Below are positions 1 to 18,226 of a stretch of 64,000 nucleotides of DNA, piece after piece. The DNA lies in NCBI RefSeq assembly GCF_009914755.1, contig NC_060925.1; one strand, written 5' to 3'. Within the stretch, counting starts at the first letter, position 1. Each line of letters opens with the position of its first letter. The DNA comes from the human T2T-CHM13v2.0 reference genome, Homo sapiens. The translations under genes were made by a program, and so were the position numbers. The notes beneath the pieces were generated by a model, which was not told where the DNA came from, searched no databases, and was given only the letters and a program-made list of their open reading frames with translations.

Positions 1-19
1 ATCCCAATTTCCTTACTAT

Positions 20-220
20 GCTTTTTTTCATATCACTTATTACCTTCTAAAAATATCACTTGCTTTCTTGTTTTGTTGATTTTATAATTGTTTGTCTCCT
101 CCCAGTAGAATGTAAACTCCAGGAGGATAAGGGTTTTGTCTGTTTTGCTTACAGATATATCCCAAGCATTATAAACAGTGTCTAGCACTTAAACAGGTGT
201 TCAAATACTTACTGAATGAA
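20..220 (+). mobile_element. L2 (LINE-2) 3' end relic
   Basis: 'tagaatgtaaactcc...tctagcact...caaatacttactgaatgaa' resembles the L2 3' terminus. Confidence 0.6.
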
Positions 221-574
221 CAATTTCCTTGTCAATTTTAGAGCACAATATGTCTTTGTTCTGCAAACCTGAGACTGACGTCCTCCAGAATTTACTGGAA
301 CCTATAGTTTATTGCACTGTGATAGTTTTGTATAAAGTTAAAAAGGAGAGACTTCCTCTCTTATCATTACAGACCAAATTGCAGATATATTATCCCTAAC
401 CCTGGATATCTAGGTCAGTGTCACCTAGCTGTATTTAGACCCTTGGTGGAGTAAGTCAATAGGGTTTAAGACTCAGGGAATTTAAGATGAACTTCTGTTT
501 CAGACACAGGCCCTTTATGAATATGATACTCTTTGGATAGTGCAATTGGAGATACAGCAGAGAATAATCATCAC

Positions 575-788
575 AGATACTACTTATTGAATAATTAGTA
601 AGTACTGGGTACTACACTAGGTGCTTTACATGTGTTATGTACAATTTTTAGCACAATCGTGCAATATAAATACTATTATTTTTTTCAGGTGAGCCTCCAA
701 GAGGTTTAGTGATTTCCTCAAGGTTAACTGATTATTAAAAGGTAAACTAGGATTTGAACTGGGTCTGTCTTACTCTAAAGCCCTCTTA
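575..788 (-). mobile_element. MIR SINE relic
   Basis: Reverse-complement MIR core ('aggtttagtgatttcctcaagg...ggatttgaactgggtctgtc'). Confidence 0.6.
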
Positions 789-793
789 CTGTC

Positions 794-3209
794 TGACATG
801 TTTGGATCTGTGTCCCCACCCAAATCTCATGTCAAATTGTAATCCCCAATGTTGAAGACTGGGCCGGATGAGAGGTGATTGGATCATGGGGGTAGATTTC
901 CCCCTTTGGTGCTGTTTTTGTGATAGAAGTCTCATGAGATCTGGTTGTTTAAAAGTGTGTGGCACCTCCCCATTCTCTCCTCTTCCTCACGCTCTGCCAT
1001 ATAAGATATGCATGCTTTCCTTTCACTTTCTAAAATGATTGACTGTTTCCTGAGGCTCCCCTAGAAGCCACTATGCTTCCTGTACAGCTGGCAAAACTGT
1101 GAACCAATTAAACCTCTTTTCTTTATAAATTACCCAGTCTACATTATTTCTTTATAGCAGTGCAAGAGAGGAATAATACAGAAAATGGGCACCAAGTAGT
1201 GGGGCATTGCTATAAAGATACCTGAAATGTGGAAGCAGCTTTGGAACTGGGTAATAGACAGAAGGTGGAGGAGTGTGGAGGGCTCAAAAGAAGACAGGAA
1301 GATGAGGGAAAATTTGGAACTTTCTAGAGACTTGTTAAATTGCTATGACCAAAATGCTGGTATTGATATGGACAGTAAAGGTCAGGCTGATGAGGTCTCA
1401 GATGAAAATGACGAACTTATTGGAAACTGGAGCAAAAGACACTTTGGCTTCTTAGCAACAACAACAACAAAATTGGCTGTATTATGCTACTGCCCTAGGG
1501 ATCTGTGAAACTTTCAACTTGAGAATGATGATTTAGGGTATCTGGTGGAAGAAATTTCTAAGCAGCAAGGTGTTCAAGATTTGGCCTGGCTGCTTCTAAT
1601 TGCCTGTGCTTATATGCATAAGCAAGGAAATGATCTGAAACTGAAATTTATATTTAAAAAGGAAGCAGAGTATAACAATTTGAAAACTTTGCAGCCTGGC
1701 CATGTGTTAGAAAAGAAAACCCACATTCAGAGGAGGAATTCAAGCAGGCTGCATATATTTGCATAGCTAAAAGGAATGCAATAGCTATTAGCCAAGATAA
1801 TGGAAAAATGCCTTGAAGGCATTTCAGAGACATTTGAGGCAGCCCCTCCCAACACAAACCTGGTGGCCTGGGAGGGAAGAATGGTTTCCCGGGCCAGGCC
1901 CAGTGTCTCACTGCCCTGCACAACCTCAGGACACTGCTCCCTGCATCCCAACCATTTCACCTTCTGCTGTGGCTAAAAAGGCCCAAAATACAGCTTGGGC
2001 AGCTGCTTCAGAGGTTGCAAGCCACAAACCTTGAGCGTTTCCACATGGTTTAAGCCTGCACATGCACAGTGTACAGGAGTTAAAGCTTGGGAGCCTCCAC
2101 CTAGATTTCAGAGAATATATGGAAAAGCCTGGCTGTCCAGGCAGAAGCCTGCTGTAGGAGTGGAGCCCACATGGTGGAGAACCTCTACTAGGTCAGTGTG
2201 GATAAAAAATGTGGTGTTGAATCCCCCATACAGAGTTCCCACTGGAGCACTGCCTAGTGCAGCTGTGAGAAGAGGACCACCATTCTCCAGATCTCAGAAC
2301 GGTAGATACACCAACAGCTTTCAACCTGCACCTGGAAAAGCTTCAGGCACTCAACACCAGCCCTTGAGAGCAGCCTTGGGAGTTGAGCCCTGCAAAACCA
2401 CAGGCATGGAGATGCTCAAGGTCTTGGGAGTCTACTTATTGCATCAGTGTGCCCTGAATGTGGGACATAGGGTCAAAGGAGATTATTTTGGAGCTTTAAA
2501 ATTTAATGGCTGCCCTGCTGGGTTTCAGACTTGCATGGTCCTGTAGCCCGTTTTTTTGGCCAGTTTCTTTCCTTTGAAATGGGAGTATTTACCCAATGCC
2601 AGTATTCCCACTGTATGTTGGAATTAACTAACTTGTCTTTGATTTTACAGGCTTATAGGCAGAAGGGACTTGCCTTGTCTCAGATGAGAATTTGGAATCT
2701 GGACTTTTAAGTTAATGCTAGAAAAAGTTAAGACTTTTGGGGACTGTTGGGAAGACATGATTGTATTTTGCAATGTGGGAAGCACATGAGATTTGGGAGG
2801 GTCCAGGGGCAGAATAATACAGTTTGAATCTGTGTCCCTGTCCAAATCTCATGTTTAATTGTAATCCCCAATGTTGGAGGGGTTGGGGGCTGCTGGGGTG
2901 ATTGGATGATGGGGGCAGATTTCCCCTTTGGTGTTATTTTTGTGGTAGAGTTTTTATGATATCTAGTTGTTTAAAAAGTGCATAGCACATCTCCCTTCTC
3001 TCCTCTTTCTCCTGCTCCTGCCATGTAAGATGTATCTGCTTCCCCTTCACCTTTCATCATGATTGAAAGCTTCCTGAGGCCTCCCCAGAAGCTGTCATGC
3101 TTCCTGTACAGCCTGCAGAGCTATGAGCCAGTTAAGCCTTTTTTCTTTATAAATTACCCAGTCTCAGGTATTTTTAATATATATAGCAGTGTTAGAATGG
3201 ACTTATACA
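794..3209 (+). mobile_element. Complete MaLR provirus, MSTA-like (LTR 794-1180, internal 1181-2814, LTR 2815-3209)
   Basis: Two similar ~390-bp LTRs; outer termini TG...CA; perfect 5-bp TSD ctgtc (789-793 / 3210-3214); internal ORF remnants typical of MaLR-int (1227..2546). Confidence 0.9.
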
Positions 3210-3954
3210 CTGTCCACTGTACCACTATACTATCATTTGATCCCATTAAGACCATGTTTCTGGGGAACCTCATATATTGTGGAAAAAATCAAGGCATTAA
3301 TAATCCATAAATATTGTTAATAAAATACACATTTAGCCAGTTCAACTTTTATTTCATCATTTTTTTTTGCCTGACAATTAAATAAATACTACTAGGTAAT
3401 TCAACTACTTGTTACTTTACATCTTGGTATAGTATTGCTAATTTTGCAAAAATTTCCTCAAGGCCTTTCTGACCTGGTTTTCACACATGTTCCTACCTTA
3501 GTCTATGCTTGTCTTGAAGCTACTAGACCAAGCATCCTACAGTTAACCCAACATCATATAAGTCCTAGTTGGTATTTGGATGGTCTTCGTCTGCCACTCC
3601 ACTTAACTTTCCATTTGAATCACCGCAATATCTATGAACTCATTAAGAGTACTCAAGAGCTCCATTTCTAACTAGACCCCCTTCTTTTCCTCTGTCCAGC
3701 CTCAGACTATGTATACAATAAGCCATCAACATTTTATGTGTGTTCACTTCCTCAAGTTAGGATTAGTAACCTTGCCAATATCCATACCCTTCCTCTTTTC
3801 AGTAAACTAGTAACTTTAATCTTCAACTTCCAGAGGACATAATTCTGGAGTCACATTTCTTTCCTTGTCAGCATTCAAGTTAACACTATAGAGGCCTTAT
3901 TTATGTAATTCATGACCAGAAACTATCAATGTCTTTCAATGAAAGCCCATAACT

Positions 3955-4130
3955 TGAAGTATGGGAATGGACACCTTTCTTTAGATGCTGGTTTCACTGC
4001 TAAATAGTTACGTACATTTGGACCAGTAACTTTATTTCCTCAGTTTCTTTATCTCTAAAATGTTTTAATGATACTCATTTCATAGGGTTTCAAGATTAAA
4101 TGACATAATTAATGGGTGCCTAGATAACAT
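3955..4130 (+). mobile_element. MIR relic
   Basis: 'cctcagtttctttatctctaaaatg...catagggtt...gattaaatga' core. Confidence 0.55.
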
Positions 4131-4230
4131 TTTTTAGAGACAAGTTTATGCATGTAAATGTTTTTCTTCCTGAGTTTTCCACTTTAATTTACTTTCAGGA
4201 AAATTGATAACTACCTCTATTCCTATTATT

Positions 4231-5811
4231 ATTATTATACTTTAAGTTCTAGGGTACATGTGCACAACATGCAGGTTTGTTGCATATGTATACATGTGCC
4301 ATGTTGGTGTGCTGCACCCATTAACTTGTCATTTACATTAGGTATATCTCCTAATGCTATCCTTCCCCCCTCCCTCAAACCCATGACAGGCCCCGGTGGG
4401 TAATGTTCCCCTTCCTGTGTCCAAGTGTTCTCATTGTTCAATTCCCACCTATGAGTGAGAATATGCGGTGTTGGGTTTTCTGTCCTTGCGATAGTTTGCT
4501 GAGAATGATGGTTTCCAGCCTCATCCATGTCACTGCAAAGGACATGAACTCATCCTTTTTTATGGCTGCATAGTATTCCATGGTGTATATGTGCCACATT
4601 TTCTTAATCCAGTCTATCATTGATGGACATTTGGGTTGGTTCCAAGTCTTTGCTATTGTGAATAGTGCCACAACAAACATATGTGTGCATGTGTCTTTAT
4701 AGCAGCATGATTTATAATCCTTTGGGTATATACCCAGTAATGTGATGGTTGGGTCAAATGGTATTTCTAGTTCTAGATCCCTGAGGAATCACCACACTGT
4801 CTTCCAAAATGGTTGAACCAGTTTACAGTCCCACCAACAGTGTAAAAGTGTTCCTATTTCTCCACATCGTCTCCAGCACCTGTTGTTTCCTGACATTTTA
4901 GTGATCACCATTCTAACAGGTGTGAGATGGTATCTCATTGTGGTTTTGATTTGCATTTCTCTGATGATGAGCATTTTTTCATGTGTCTGTTGGCTGCATA
5001 AATGTCTTCTTTTGAGAAATACCTGTTCATATCCTTCACCCACTTTTTGATGGGATTGTTTGTTTTTTTCTTGTAAATTTGTTTGAGTTCATTGTAGATT
5101 CTGGTTATTAGCCCTTTGTCAGATGAGTAGATTGCAAAAATGTTCTCCCATTCTGTAGGTTGCCTGTTCACTCTGATGATAGTTTCTTTTGCTGTGCAGA
5201 AGCTCTTTAGTTTAATTAGATCCCATCTGTCAACTTTGGCTTTTGTTGGCATTGCTTTTGGTGTTTTAGACATGAAGTCCTTGCCCATGCCTATGTCCTG
5301 AATGGTATTGCCTAGGTTTTCTTCTAGAGTTTTTATGGTTTTAGGTTTAACATTTAAGTCTTTAATCCATCTTGAATTAATTTTTGTATAAAGTGTAAGG
5401 AAGGGATCCAGTTTCAGCTTTCTACATATGGCTAGCCAGTTTTTCCAGCACCATTTATTAAATAGGGAATACTTTCCCCATTTCTTGTTTTTGTCAGGTT
5501 TGTCAAAGATCAGATGGTTGTAGATGTGTGGTGTTATTTCTGAGGCCTCTGTTCTGTTCCATTGGTGGTCTATATCTCTGTTTTGGTACCATTACCATGC
5601 TGTTTGGGTTACTGTAGCCTTGTAGTATAGTTTGAAGCCAGGTAGCATGATGCCTCCAGCTTTGTTCTTTTGGCTTAGGATTGTCTTGGCAATGCGGGCT
5701 CTTTTTTGGTTCCATATGAACTTCAAAGTCGTTTTTTCCAATTCTATGAAGAAAGTCATTGGTATCTTGATGGGCAGTATGGCCATTTTCAAGATATTGA
5801 TTCTTCCTATC
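4231..5811 (-). mobile_element. 5'-truncated L1PA (about PA5-6), ORF2 C-terminus plus 3'UTR
   Basis: ORF2 C-terminal peptides on minus strand; 17-bp TSD cctctattcctattatt (4214-4230 / 5812-5828). Confidence 0.92.
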
Positions 5812-6744
5812 CCTCTATTCCTATTATTGTAGGGAAGGTATGTGTTTGGGGAGAAAATAGAAAGATTTTTATAAGGATCACACACTTGTGCTTTAAAAAT
5901 AAAAAGTTCAGAGGAAGCAATTCATGAGCATAACAGGATAGGTTAAAATATCTTGAGGATGTATGAAATCAAAATTTTTTCAGCATAAAATTAAAAGGAT
6001 TCCCATGTGCTAGGGAAAGTGCTAAAGAAAAGTCTTTGAAACTCAGAACCAAAGTGGGACTATCCCCTGTTTCTGGCAGTGACACTGAGATTTGGCAAGA
6101 TCCCCCAAAATTACATTTGGTTAGTATGTCAGGATCATGGAAGAATATAATGAGGGAAAAATCTAGGCGGGTAGCTTGGAGTGCGATTTTGCCACTTATA
6201 GAGTTTTATTTTGTTAAACAGAAAGTAAAGAGTTTTAAAACAAGGTAAGATTTTACTCAAGAGCTATTTTATGAAAATTAATCTGAAGGCAGTCAAAATT
6301 GGAGAGAAAAACTGCTGGAAGAGAGAGATTAGATGGAAAGATAGGGATTACAATTTATTGCAATAGCCAGAGACTGAAGTGATAAAAATCTTAAAATTGT
6401 ATGGTTTGAACCTCCCAGTTGCTGAACTTGAAAAGCTAGGTGAAGGAAGCACTTTGGCCAGGATTTCAAGATGCTCTTGGCTTTGCCTGAGAGAATTACA
6501 GCCATCCGTGAACTAAAACAGAGTTTGAAACACAAAGGTGTTAGGAATCTCATTTAACCTGGCCTCAGCATGCCAGGCATATTATGGGATGGACCCTTTG
6601 TCTTCTCTTCAGCAATCCACTTTCAATAACCTCAGGACTAAGAGGTAGAAAATTGGATGCTATGGAAAAGGGAAGGCTGAGAGAGTCTTGAGTGGCTCAC
6701 TGATTGTAATGGCTCCAAAATCAAGCTAGCTGCACTCTTGCAGC

Positions 6745-6747
<3 letters not shown>

Positions 6748-6785
<38 letters not shown>
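6748..6785. repeat. (GT)n microsatellite, about 19 units
   Basis: Direct reading. Confidence 0.98.
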
Positions 6786-6790
<5 letters not shown>

Positions 6791-7174
6791 TTTTACACAG
6801 TACTCCAGAAAATTTTTACCTAGTTTAAAAATCATTATTGCTATTGAAATACAAACTAGACTTTCATTAAACAACACATACTGGAAAGGTTTGAGGGTTG
6901 CCAGTTAAGCTTAGGGAAGCTTTTTCACTGCTCTTAGAGCTGTTACTCTCACAAATGAGAAAGAAATCCCCTGGTTACCATAAAGCATTAGCAAGATACT
7001 GACTGTACCTAAAAACTTAGTAACTATTGAATCCAGAAATAAATACCACATAACCAGTTATCTGGATAATTCTAGCCAAAAGATTACTTACTAACCTCCA
7101 TTTTTCCTTGGAATGAAATATAGAGAAATGATAATATTTCACTAATTTTTATTTAAGGAATAAAGGAAAAGAGA

Positions 7175-7380
7175 ATAATAAATTTTGAGATTCTACTATG
7201 TGACAGGTACTTTGCTAGGATTTTGGTATACATTATTTCCTTCAAATTTTACAACAACCCTAGAGCTGAATATTTTCACAAAAGAAAAAATAGAACCTCA
7301 GAGTAGTAAGGTTACATGACCCAAATTAAAATGTGTAAAAATTTATTTAAGCTGGATTCTAGTCCAGGTTTGTCTCTCAA
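7175..7380 (-). mobile_element. MIR relic
   Basis: 'ctactatgtgacaggtactttgctagg...acaacaaccctag...ctggattctagtccagg'. Confidence 0.55.
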
Positions 7381-8517
7381 ATTTTAGAAGAGATAGTTTA
7401 GGGAAGTATATGATTAATTTCTAAATGAATAGACAAGAACTACTGATTAAAAGGAAAGAGAAAAAAGATACTTCTAACATATGCCACCTAACTGATATTG
7501 GTCCCATTTTATAAATATGGAAATTAAAGAGCTGGAATTTCACTCATTCTGACTGCAAAACTCCTGCTGTCTTTCATTGTACAGATTCAAAGCATGCTAG
7601 AATAAAAAGTTTCCTTATTTTATGCAACATATTTATTTAATAGACAGGCAAGTAGAGGGTAAATGAATTTTCCACAGGTAAATAAGTTATCAATAATCAA
7701 GAGGCTTTTTTATCAGCTCATGGAACATTTTCCATGGTAGACCATGTGTTAGGCTATAAAACAAGTCACAATACATTTTTAAAAATCAAAATCGTATCAA
7801 GTATTTTCATGGCCTACAGTAGATTAAAACTAGAAATCAATTCCAAGAACTGTTAAAACAATACAGATATATGACAAATTTAAAACCTACTCCTGAATGA
7901 TTTTTGGGTCAATGATGAAATTAAGATGAAAATTAAAAATTTTTTTGAAATGAATGAACATAGAGACACAACATACCAAAAAATCTGAGATATATACAAA
8001 GCAGTGCTAAGAGAGAAGTTTATATCACTGAATGACTACATCAAAAAGATAAAAATATCACAAATTAATAATGTAATATTGTACCTCAAGGAAGTAGAAT
8101 AACAAGAACAAACCAAAGCCAAAGCTAGCAGTAGAAAAGAAATAACTAAAATCATAGCAGAACTGAATTAAGGTGAGACAAAAAAACAATCCAAGGAATC
8201 GGTAAATGAAAAATTGTTTTTGAAAAGATAAAATTGACAGACCGCAAGCAAGATTAACCAAAAAAAGAATAGAGTAGATTCAAATAAGCACCATTCAAAA
8301 TGAGAAGGAGGCATTACAACTGATACCACAGAAATATTAAAGATTATCAGAAACTACTATGAACATTTCTATGACCACAAATTAGAAAACCCAGAAAAAA
8401 TGAATAAATTTCTGGAAATACACAACCTCCCAAGATTGAATCAGGAAAAAAATAGAAATCCTGAACAAAGCAATAATAAGTAGTGACACTAAAACACTAA
8501 TAAAAATATCTCAACAA

Positions 8518-8830
<313 letters not shown>

Positions 8831-9943
8831 AACCTCAACAACAACAAAAAAGTCCAGAAATAGCTGGATTTATAGCCAAATTCTACCAGAAGTACAAAGA
8901 AGAACTGGTACCAGTCCTACTCAAACTGATTCAAAAGTTTAAGGAGTGAATCCTCCCTAACTCATTCTATGAAGCTAGTATCACATTGACACCAAAGCCA
9001 GGCAAGGAAGCAACAAAAAAAGAAAACTCGTGGGGAGGAGCCAAGATGGCCGAATAGGAACAGCTCTGGTCTACAGCTCCCAGCATGAGCGATGCAGAAG
9101 ACGGGTGATTTCTGCATTTCCATCTGAGGTACCGGGTTCATCTCACTAGGGAGTGCCAGACAGTGGGCGCAGGTCAGTGGGTGCGCACACCCTGCACCTG
9201 CAGAAGCAGGGCGAGGCATTGCCTCACTTGGGAAGTGCAAGGGGTCAGGGAGTTAGTTCTCTTTCCTAGTCAAAGAAAGGGGTGACAGACGGCACCTGGA
9301 AAATCGGGTTACTCACACCCGAATACTGCACTTTTCCGACGGGCTTAAAAAACGCCGCATGAGGAGACTGTATCCCGCACCTGGCTCAGAGGGTCCTATG
9401 CCCACGGAGTCTCGCTGATTGCTAGCACAGCAGTCTGAGATCAAACTGCAAGGCTGCAGAAAGGCTGGGGGGCGGGGGCGCCCGCCATCGCCTAGGCTTG
9501 CTTAGGTAAACAAAGCAGCCCTGAAGCTTGAAATGGGTGGAGCCCACCACAACTCAAGGAGGCCTGCCTGCCTCTGTAGGCTCCACCTCTGGGGGCAGGG
9601 CACAGACAAACAAAAAGACAGCAGTAACCTCTGCAGACTTAAATGTCCCTGTCTGACAGCTTTGAAGAGAGCAGTGGTTCTCCCAGCACACAGCTGGAGA
9701 TCTGAGAACGGGCAGACTGCCTCCTCAAGTGGGTCCCTGACCGCTGACCCCTGAGCAGCCTAACTGGGAGGCACCCCCCAGCAGGGGCAGACTGACACCT
9801 CACACGGCCTGGTACTCCAACAGACCTGCAGCTGAGGGTCCTGTCTGTTAGAAGGAAAACTAACAAACAGAAAGGACATCCACACCAAAAACCCATCTGT
9901 ACATCACCATCATCAAAGACCAAAAGTAGATAAAACCACAAAG

Positions 9944-10959
9944 ATGGGAAAAAAACAGAGCAGAAAAACTGGAAACTCTAAAACACAGAGCGCCTCTCCT
10001 CCTCCAAAGGAACGCAGTTCCTCACCTGCAATGGAACAAAGCTGAACAGAGAATGACTTTGATGAGCTGAGAGGAGAAGTCTTCAGATGATCAAATTACT
10101 CTGAGCTACAGGACGAAATTCAAACCAAAGGCAAAGAAGTTGAAAACTTCGAAAAAAGTTTAGAAGAATGTATAACTAGAATAACCAATACAGAGAAGTG
10201 CTTAAAGGAGCTGATGGGGCTGAAAACCAAGGCTCAAGAACTATGTGAAGAATGCAGAAGCCTCAGGAGCCGATGCGATCAACTGGAAGAAAGGGTATCA
10301 GCGATGGAAGATGAAGTGAATGAAATGAAGTGAGAAGGAAGTTTAGAGAAAAAAGAATAAAAAGAAATGAGCAAAGCCTCCAAGAAATATGGGACTATGT
10401 GAAAAGACCAAATCTATGTCTGATTGGTGTACCTGAAAGTGATGGGGAGAATGGAACCAAGTTGGAAAACACTCTGTAGGATATCATCCAGGAGAACTTC
10501 CCCAATCTAGCAAGGCAGGCCAACATTCAGATTCAGGAAATACAGAGAACTCCACAAAGATACTCCTCGAGAAGAGCAACTCCAAGACACATAATTGTCA
10601 GATTCACCAAAGTTGAAATGAAGGAAAAAATGTTAAGGGCAGCTGGAGAGAAAGGTCGGGTTACCCACAAAGGGAATCCCATCAGACTAACAGCGGATCT
10701 CTCGGCAGAAACTCTACAAGCCAGAAGAGAGTGGGGGCCAATATTCAACATTCTTAAAGACAAGAATTTTCAACCCAGAATTTCATATCCAGCCAAACTA
10801 AGCTTCATAAGTGAAGGAGAAATAAAATACTTTACAGACAAGCAAATGCTGAGAGATTTTGTCACCACCAGGCCTGCCCTAAAAGAGCTCCTGAAGGAAA
10901 CGCTAAACATGGTAAGGAACAACCAATACCAGCCGCTGCAAAATCATGCCAAAATGTAA
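9944..10959 (+). pseudogene. L1 ORF1p remnant (premature stops and frameshift)
   Basis: ATG GGA AAA AAA CAG start; only the C-terminal 113 aa are open (10618..10959). Confidence 0.9.
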
Positions 10960-11022
10960 AGACCATCGAGACTAGGAAGAAACTGCATGAACTAACGAGC
11001 AAAATAACCAGCTAACATCATA

Positions 11023-14848
<3,826 letters not shown>

Positions 14849-15941
14849 TCAATGAGAACACATGGACACAAGAAGGGGAACATCACACTCTGGGGACTGT
14901 TGTGGGGTGGGGGGAGGGGGGAGGGAGAGCATTGGGAGATATACCTAATGCTAGATGACGAGTTAGTGAGTGCAGTGCATCAGCATGGCACACGTATACA
15001 TATGTAACTAACCTGCACATTTTGCACATGTACCCTAAAACTTAAAGTATAATAATAAAATAAAAATAAAATAAAATAAAAAAGAAAAGAAAAGAAAACT
15101 CAGACCAATATGCCCATTGAACATAAATGCAAAAATCTTCAACAAAATACTAGCTAACCAAATCTAACACTAGATCCAAAAGACAATACACCATGATCAC
15201 TTGAGTTTTATTACAGGGATAGAAGAATGGTTCAAGCTATGCAAATCAATAAATGAGATTTATCACATAAACAAATAAAAACAATAACCATATGATCACC
15301 TCCATACATGCAAAAAAAATTTGATAAAATCCAGCATCCCTTCATGATAAAAACCCTCAATAAACTAGGCATAGAAGAAATATACCTAAATAAAATAAAA
15401 GCTATATATGACAAACCCACAGCCAGCATCATAGTAAATATGAAAAGGTAAGAACTAGAATAAGACAAGGATGCTCACTTCTCCATGCCTATGCAACATA
15501 GTACTAGAAGTCCCAGTCAGAGAAATCAGGCAAGAGAAATAAATAAAAGGCATTAAAATTAGGAAGGAAAAACTCAAGTTATCTCTATTGGCTGATGACA
15601 TAATCTTATACCTAGAAAACCCTAAAGATGCTGTCTCCTAAATTCAATAAATAAATTCACTAAGTTTTAAGCTACAAAATAAATGTAAAAAAAAATTAGT
15701 AGCATTTCTATACACTAATACTATGCAAGCTGAGAGCTAAATCAAGAACTCATCTTAATTACATTAGCTACAAAAAAAAAAGACCCTAGGAATACATTTA
15801 AACAAGGAGGTGAAAGATCTCTACAAAGCACTGTTGAAAGAAATAATAGATGACACAAAAAAATATAAAAAATCCATGATTATGGATTGGAAGAATGAAT
15901 ATCATTAAAATGATCATTCTGCCCAAAGCAATTTACAGATT

Positions 15942-18226
15942 TGATATGGTTTGGCCGTATTCTCACCCAAATCTCAGCTTGAATTCCCACATGTTGTGGG
16001 AGACACCTGGTGGAAGGTAATTGAATCATGTGGTCAGGTCTTTCCCATGCAGTTCTCATGACAGCAAATAAGTCTCATGAGATCTGATATATTATAAGGG
16101 AGAGTTTCCCTTCCCAATTTCTTTCTTTGCCTGCTGCCATCCATGTAAGACGTGACTTGCTCCTCCTTGCCTTCCACCATGATTGTGAGACTTCCCCAGC
16201 CACATGGAACTGTAAGTCCAATTAAACCTCTTTCTTTTGTAAATTGCCCAGTTTCAGGTATATCTTTATCAGCAGCATGAAAATGGACTAATACAGTAAA
16301 TTGGTACCAGTATAATGGGGCACTGCTGAAAAGATACCTGAAAATGTGGAAGCAAGCTTGGACCTGGGTAACAGGTAGAGGGTGGAATAGTTTGGAGGGC
16401 TCAGAAAAAGACAGGAAAATGTGCGAAAGTTTGGAACTTCCTAGAGACTTGTTGAATGGCTTTGACCAAAATCCTGATAACAATATGGACAATAAGGTCC
16501 AGAGTGAGGTGGTCTCAGATGGAGATGAGGAATTTGTTGAGAACTGGAGCAAAGGTTACTCTTGTTATGTTTTAGCAAAGAGACTGGTGGCATTTTGCCC
16601 CTGCCCTAAAGATCTGTGGAACTCTGAACTTGAGAGAGGTGATTTGGGGTACCTGGAGGAAAAAATTTCTAAGCAGAAAAGCATTCAAGAGGTGACCTGG
16701 GTGCTGTTAAAGGCATTCAGTTTTATAAGGGAAGCAGAGCATAAAAGTTCAGAAAATGTGCAGCCTCACAATGTGATAGAAAAGAAAAATCCATTTTCTA
16801 AGGAGAAATTCAAGCCAGCTGCAGAGGTTTGCATAAGTAACAAGAAGTCAAATGTTAATCCCCAAGACAATGGAGAAAATGTCTCCAGGGGATGTCAGGG
16901 ATTTTCGTAGCAGCCCCTCCCATCACAGGTCTGGAGGCCTAGGAGAAAATAGTTTTATGGGCCAGCCCCAGGGTCCCTGTGTGTGTGCAGCCTAGGGACT
17001 TGGTGCCCTGCCTCCCAGCTGCTCCAGCCATGGCTGAAAGGGGCCAAGGTAGAGTTTGAGCCATGGCTTCAGAGGGTGCAAGCCCCAAGCCTTGGCAGCT
17101 TCCACATGGTGTTGAGTCTGCAAGTGCACAGAAGTCAAGAATTGAGGTTTGGGAACCTCTGCCAAGATTTCAGGGAATGTACGGAAATGCCTGGATGTCC
17201 AGGCAGAAGTTTGCAGCAGGGGTGGGGCTCTCATGGAGAACCTCTGCTAGGCAAGTGTGGAAAGAAAATGTGGGGTCTGCGGCCCCACATACAGTCCCTA
17301 CTGGAACACCACTTAATGGAGCTGTGAGAAGAGGGCCACCGTCCTCCATACCCTAGATTAGTAGATCCACTGACAGCTTGCACCATGCACCTGGAAAAGC
17401 CACAGACACTCACCACCAGCCTGTGAAAACAGCCAGGAGGGAGGCTGTACCCTGCAAAGCCACAGGTGCAGTGCTGCCCAAGACCATGGGAAACTATCTC
17501 TTGCTTCAGCATGACCTGGATGAGAGACATGGAGTCAAAGGAGATCATTTTGGAACTTTAAGATTTGACTGCCCTTCTGGATTTCAGACTTGCGTGGGAC
17601 CTGTAGCCCCTTTGTTTTGGCCAATTTATCTGATTTGGAATGGCTGTATTTACCCAATTCCTGTACCCCCATTGTATCTAGGAAGTGACTAACTTGCTTT
17701 TGATTTTACAGGCTCATAGGAAGAAGAGACTTGCCTTGTCTCAGATGAGACTTTGGACTGTGGACATGTGAGTTAATGCTTAAATAAGTTAAGACTTTGG
17801 GGGACTGTTGGGAAGGCATGATTAATTTTGAAATGTAAGGGCATGAGATTTGGGAGGGGCCAGGGATGTAATGATATGATTTGGCTGTGTCCCTACCCAA
17901 ATCTCATTTTGAATTCCCATGTGTTGTAGGAGGGACCCAGTGGGAGGTAATTGAATCATGGGAGCAGGTCTTTCCTGTGCTCTTCTCATGATAGTGAATA
18001 AGTCTCACAAGATCTGAAGGTATTATAAGGGGGAGTTTTCCTGCCCAATCTCTCTCTTTGCCTCCCACCATCCATGTAAGACATGACTTGCTCCTCCTTG
18101 CCTTCCACCAGGATTGTGAGGCTTCTCCAGCCACGTAGAACTTTAAGTCTAATTAAACCTTTTTCTTTTGTAAATTGCCCAGTCTTGGGTATGTCTTTAT
18201 CAGCAGTGTGAAAACAGACTAATACA
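15942..18226 (+). mobile_element. Complete THE1 (A/B-like) provirus (LTR 15942-16295, internal, LTR 17872-18226)
   Basis: Two ~355-bp LTRs tgatatg...ctaataca; THE1-int ORF remnants; TSD degenerate. Confidence 0.92.

Noticed and set aside
1227-2546. MaLR internal ORFs (also 16344-17692 and 45475-46672) as genes
   Set aside because: Typical fragmented MST/THE1 internal ORF remnants spread over several frames.
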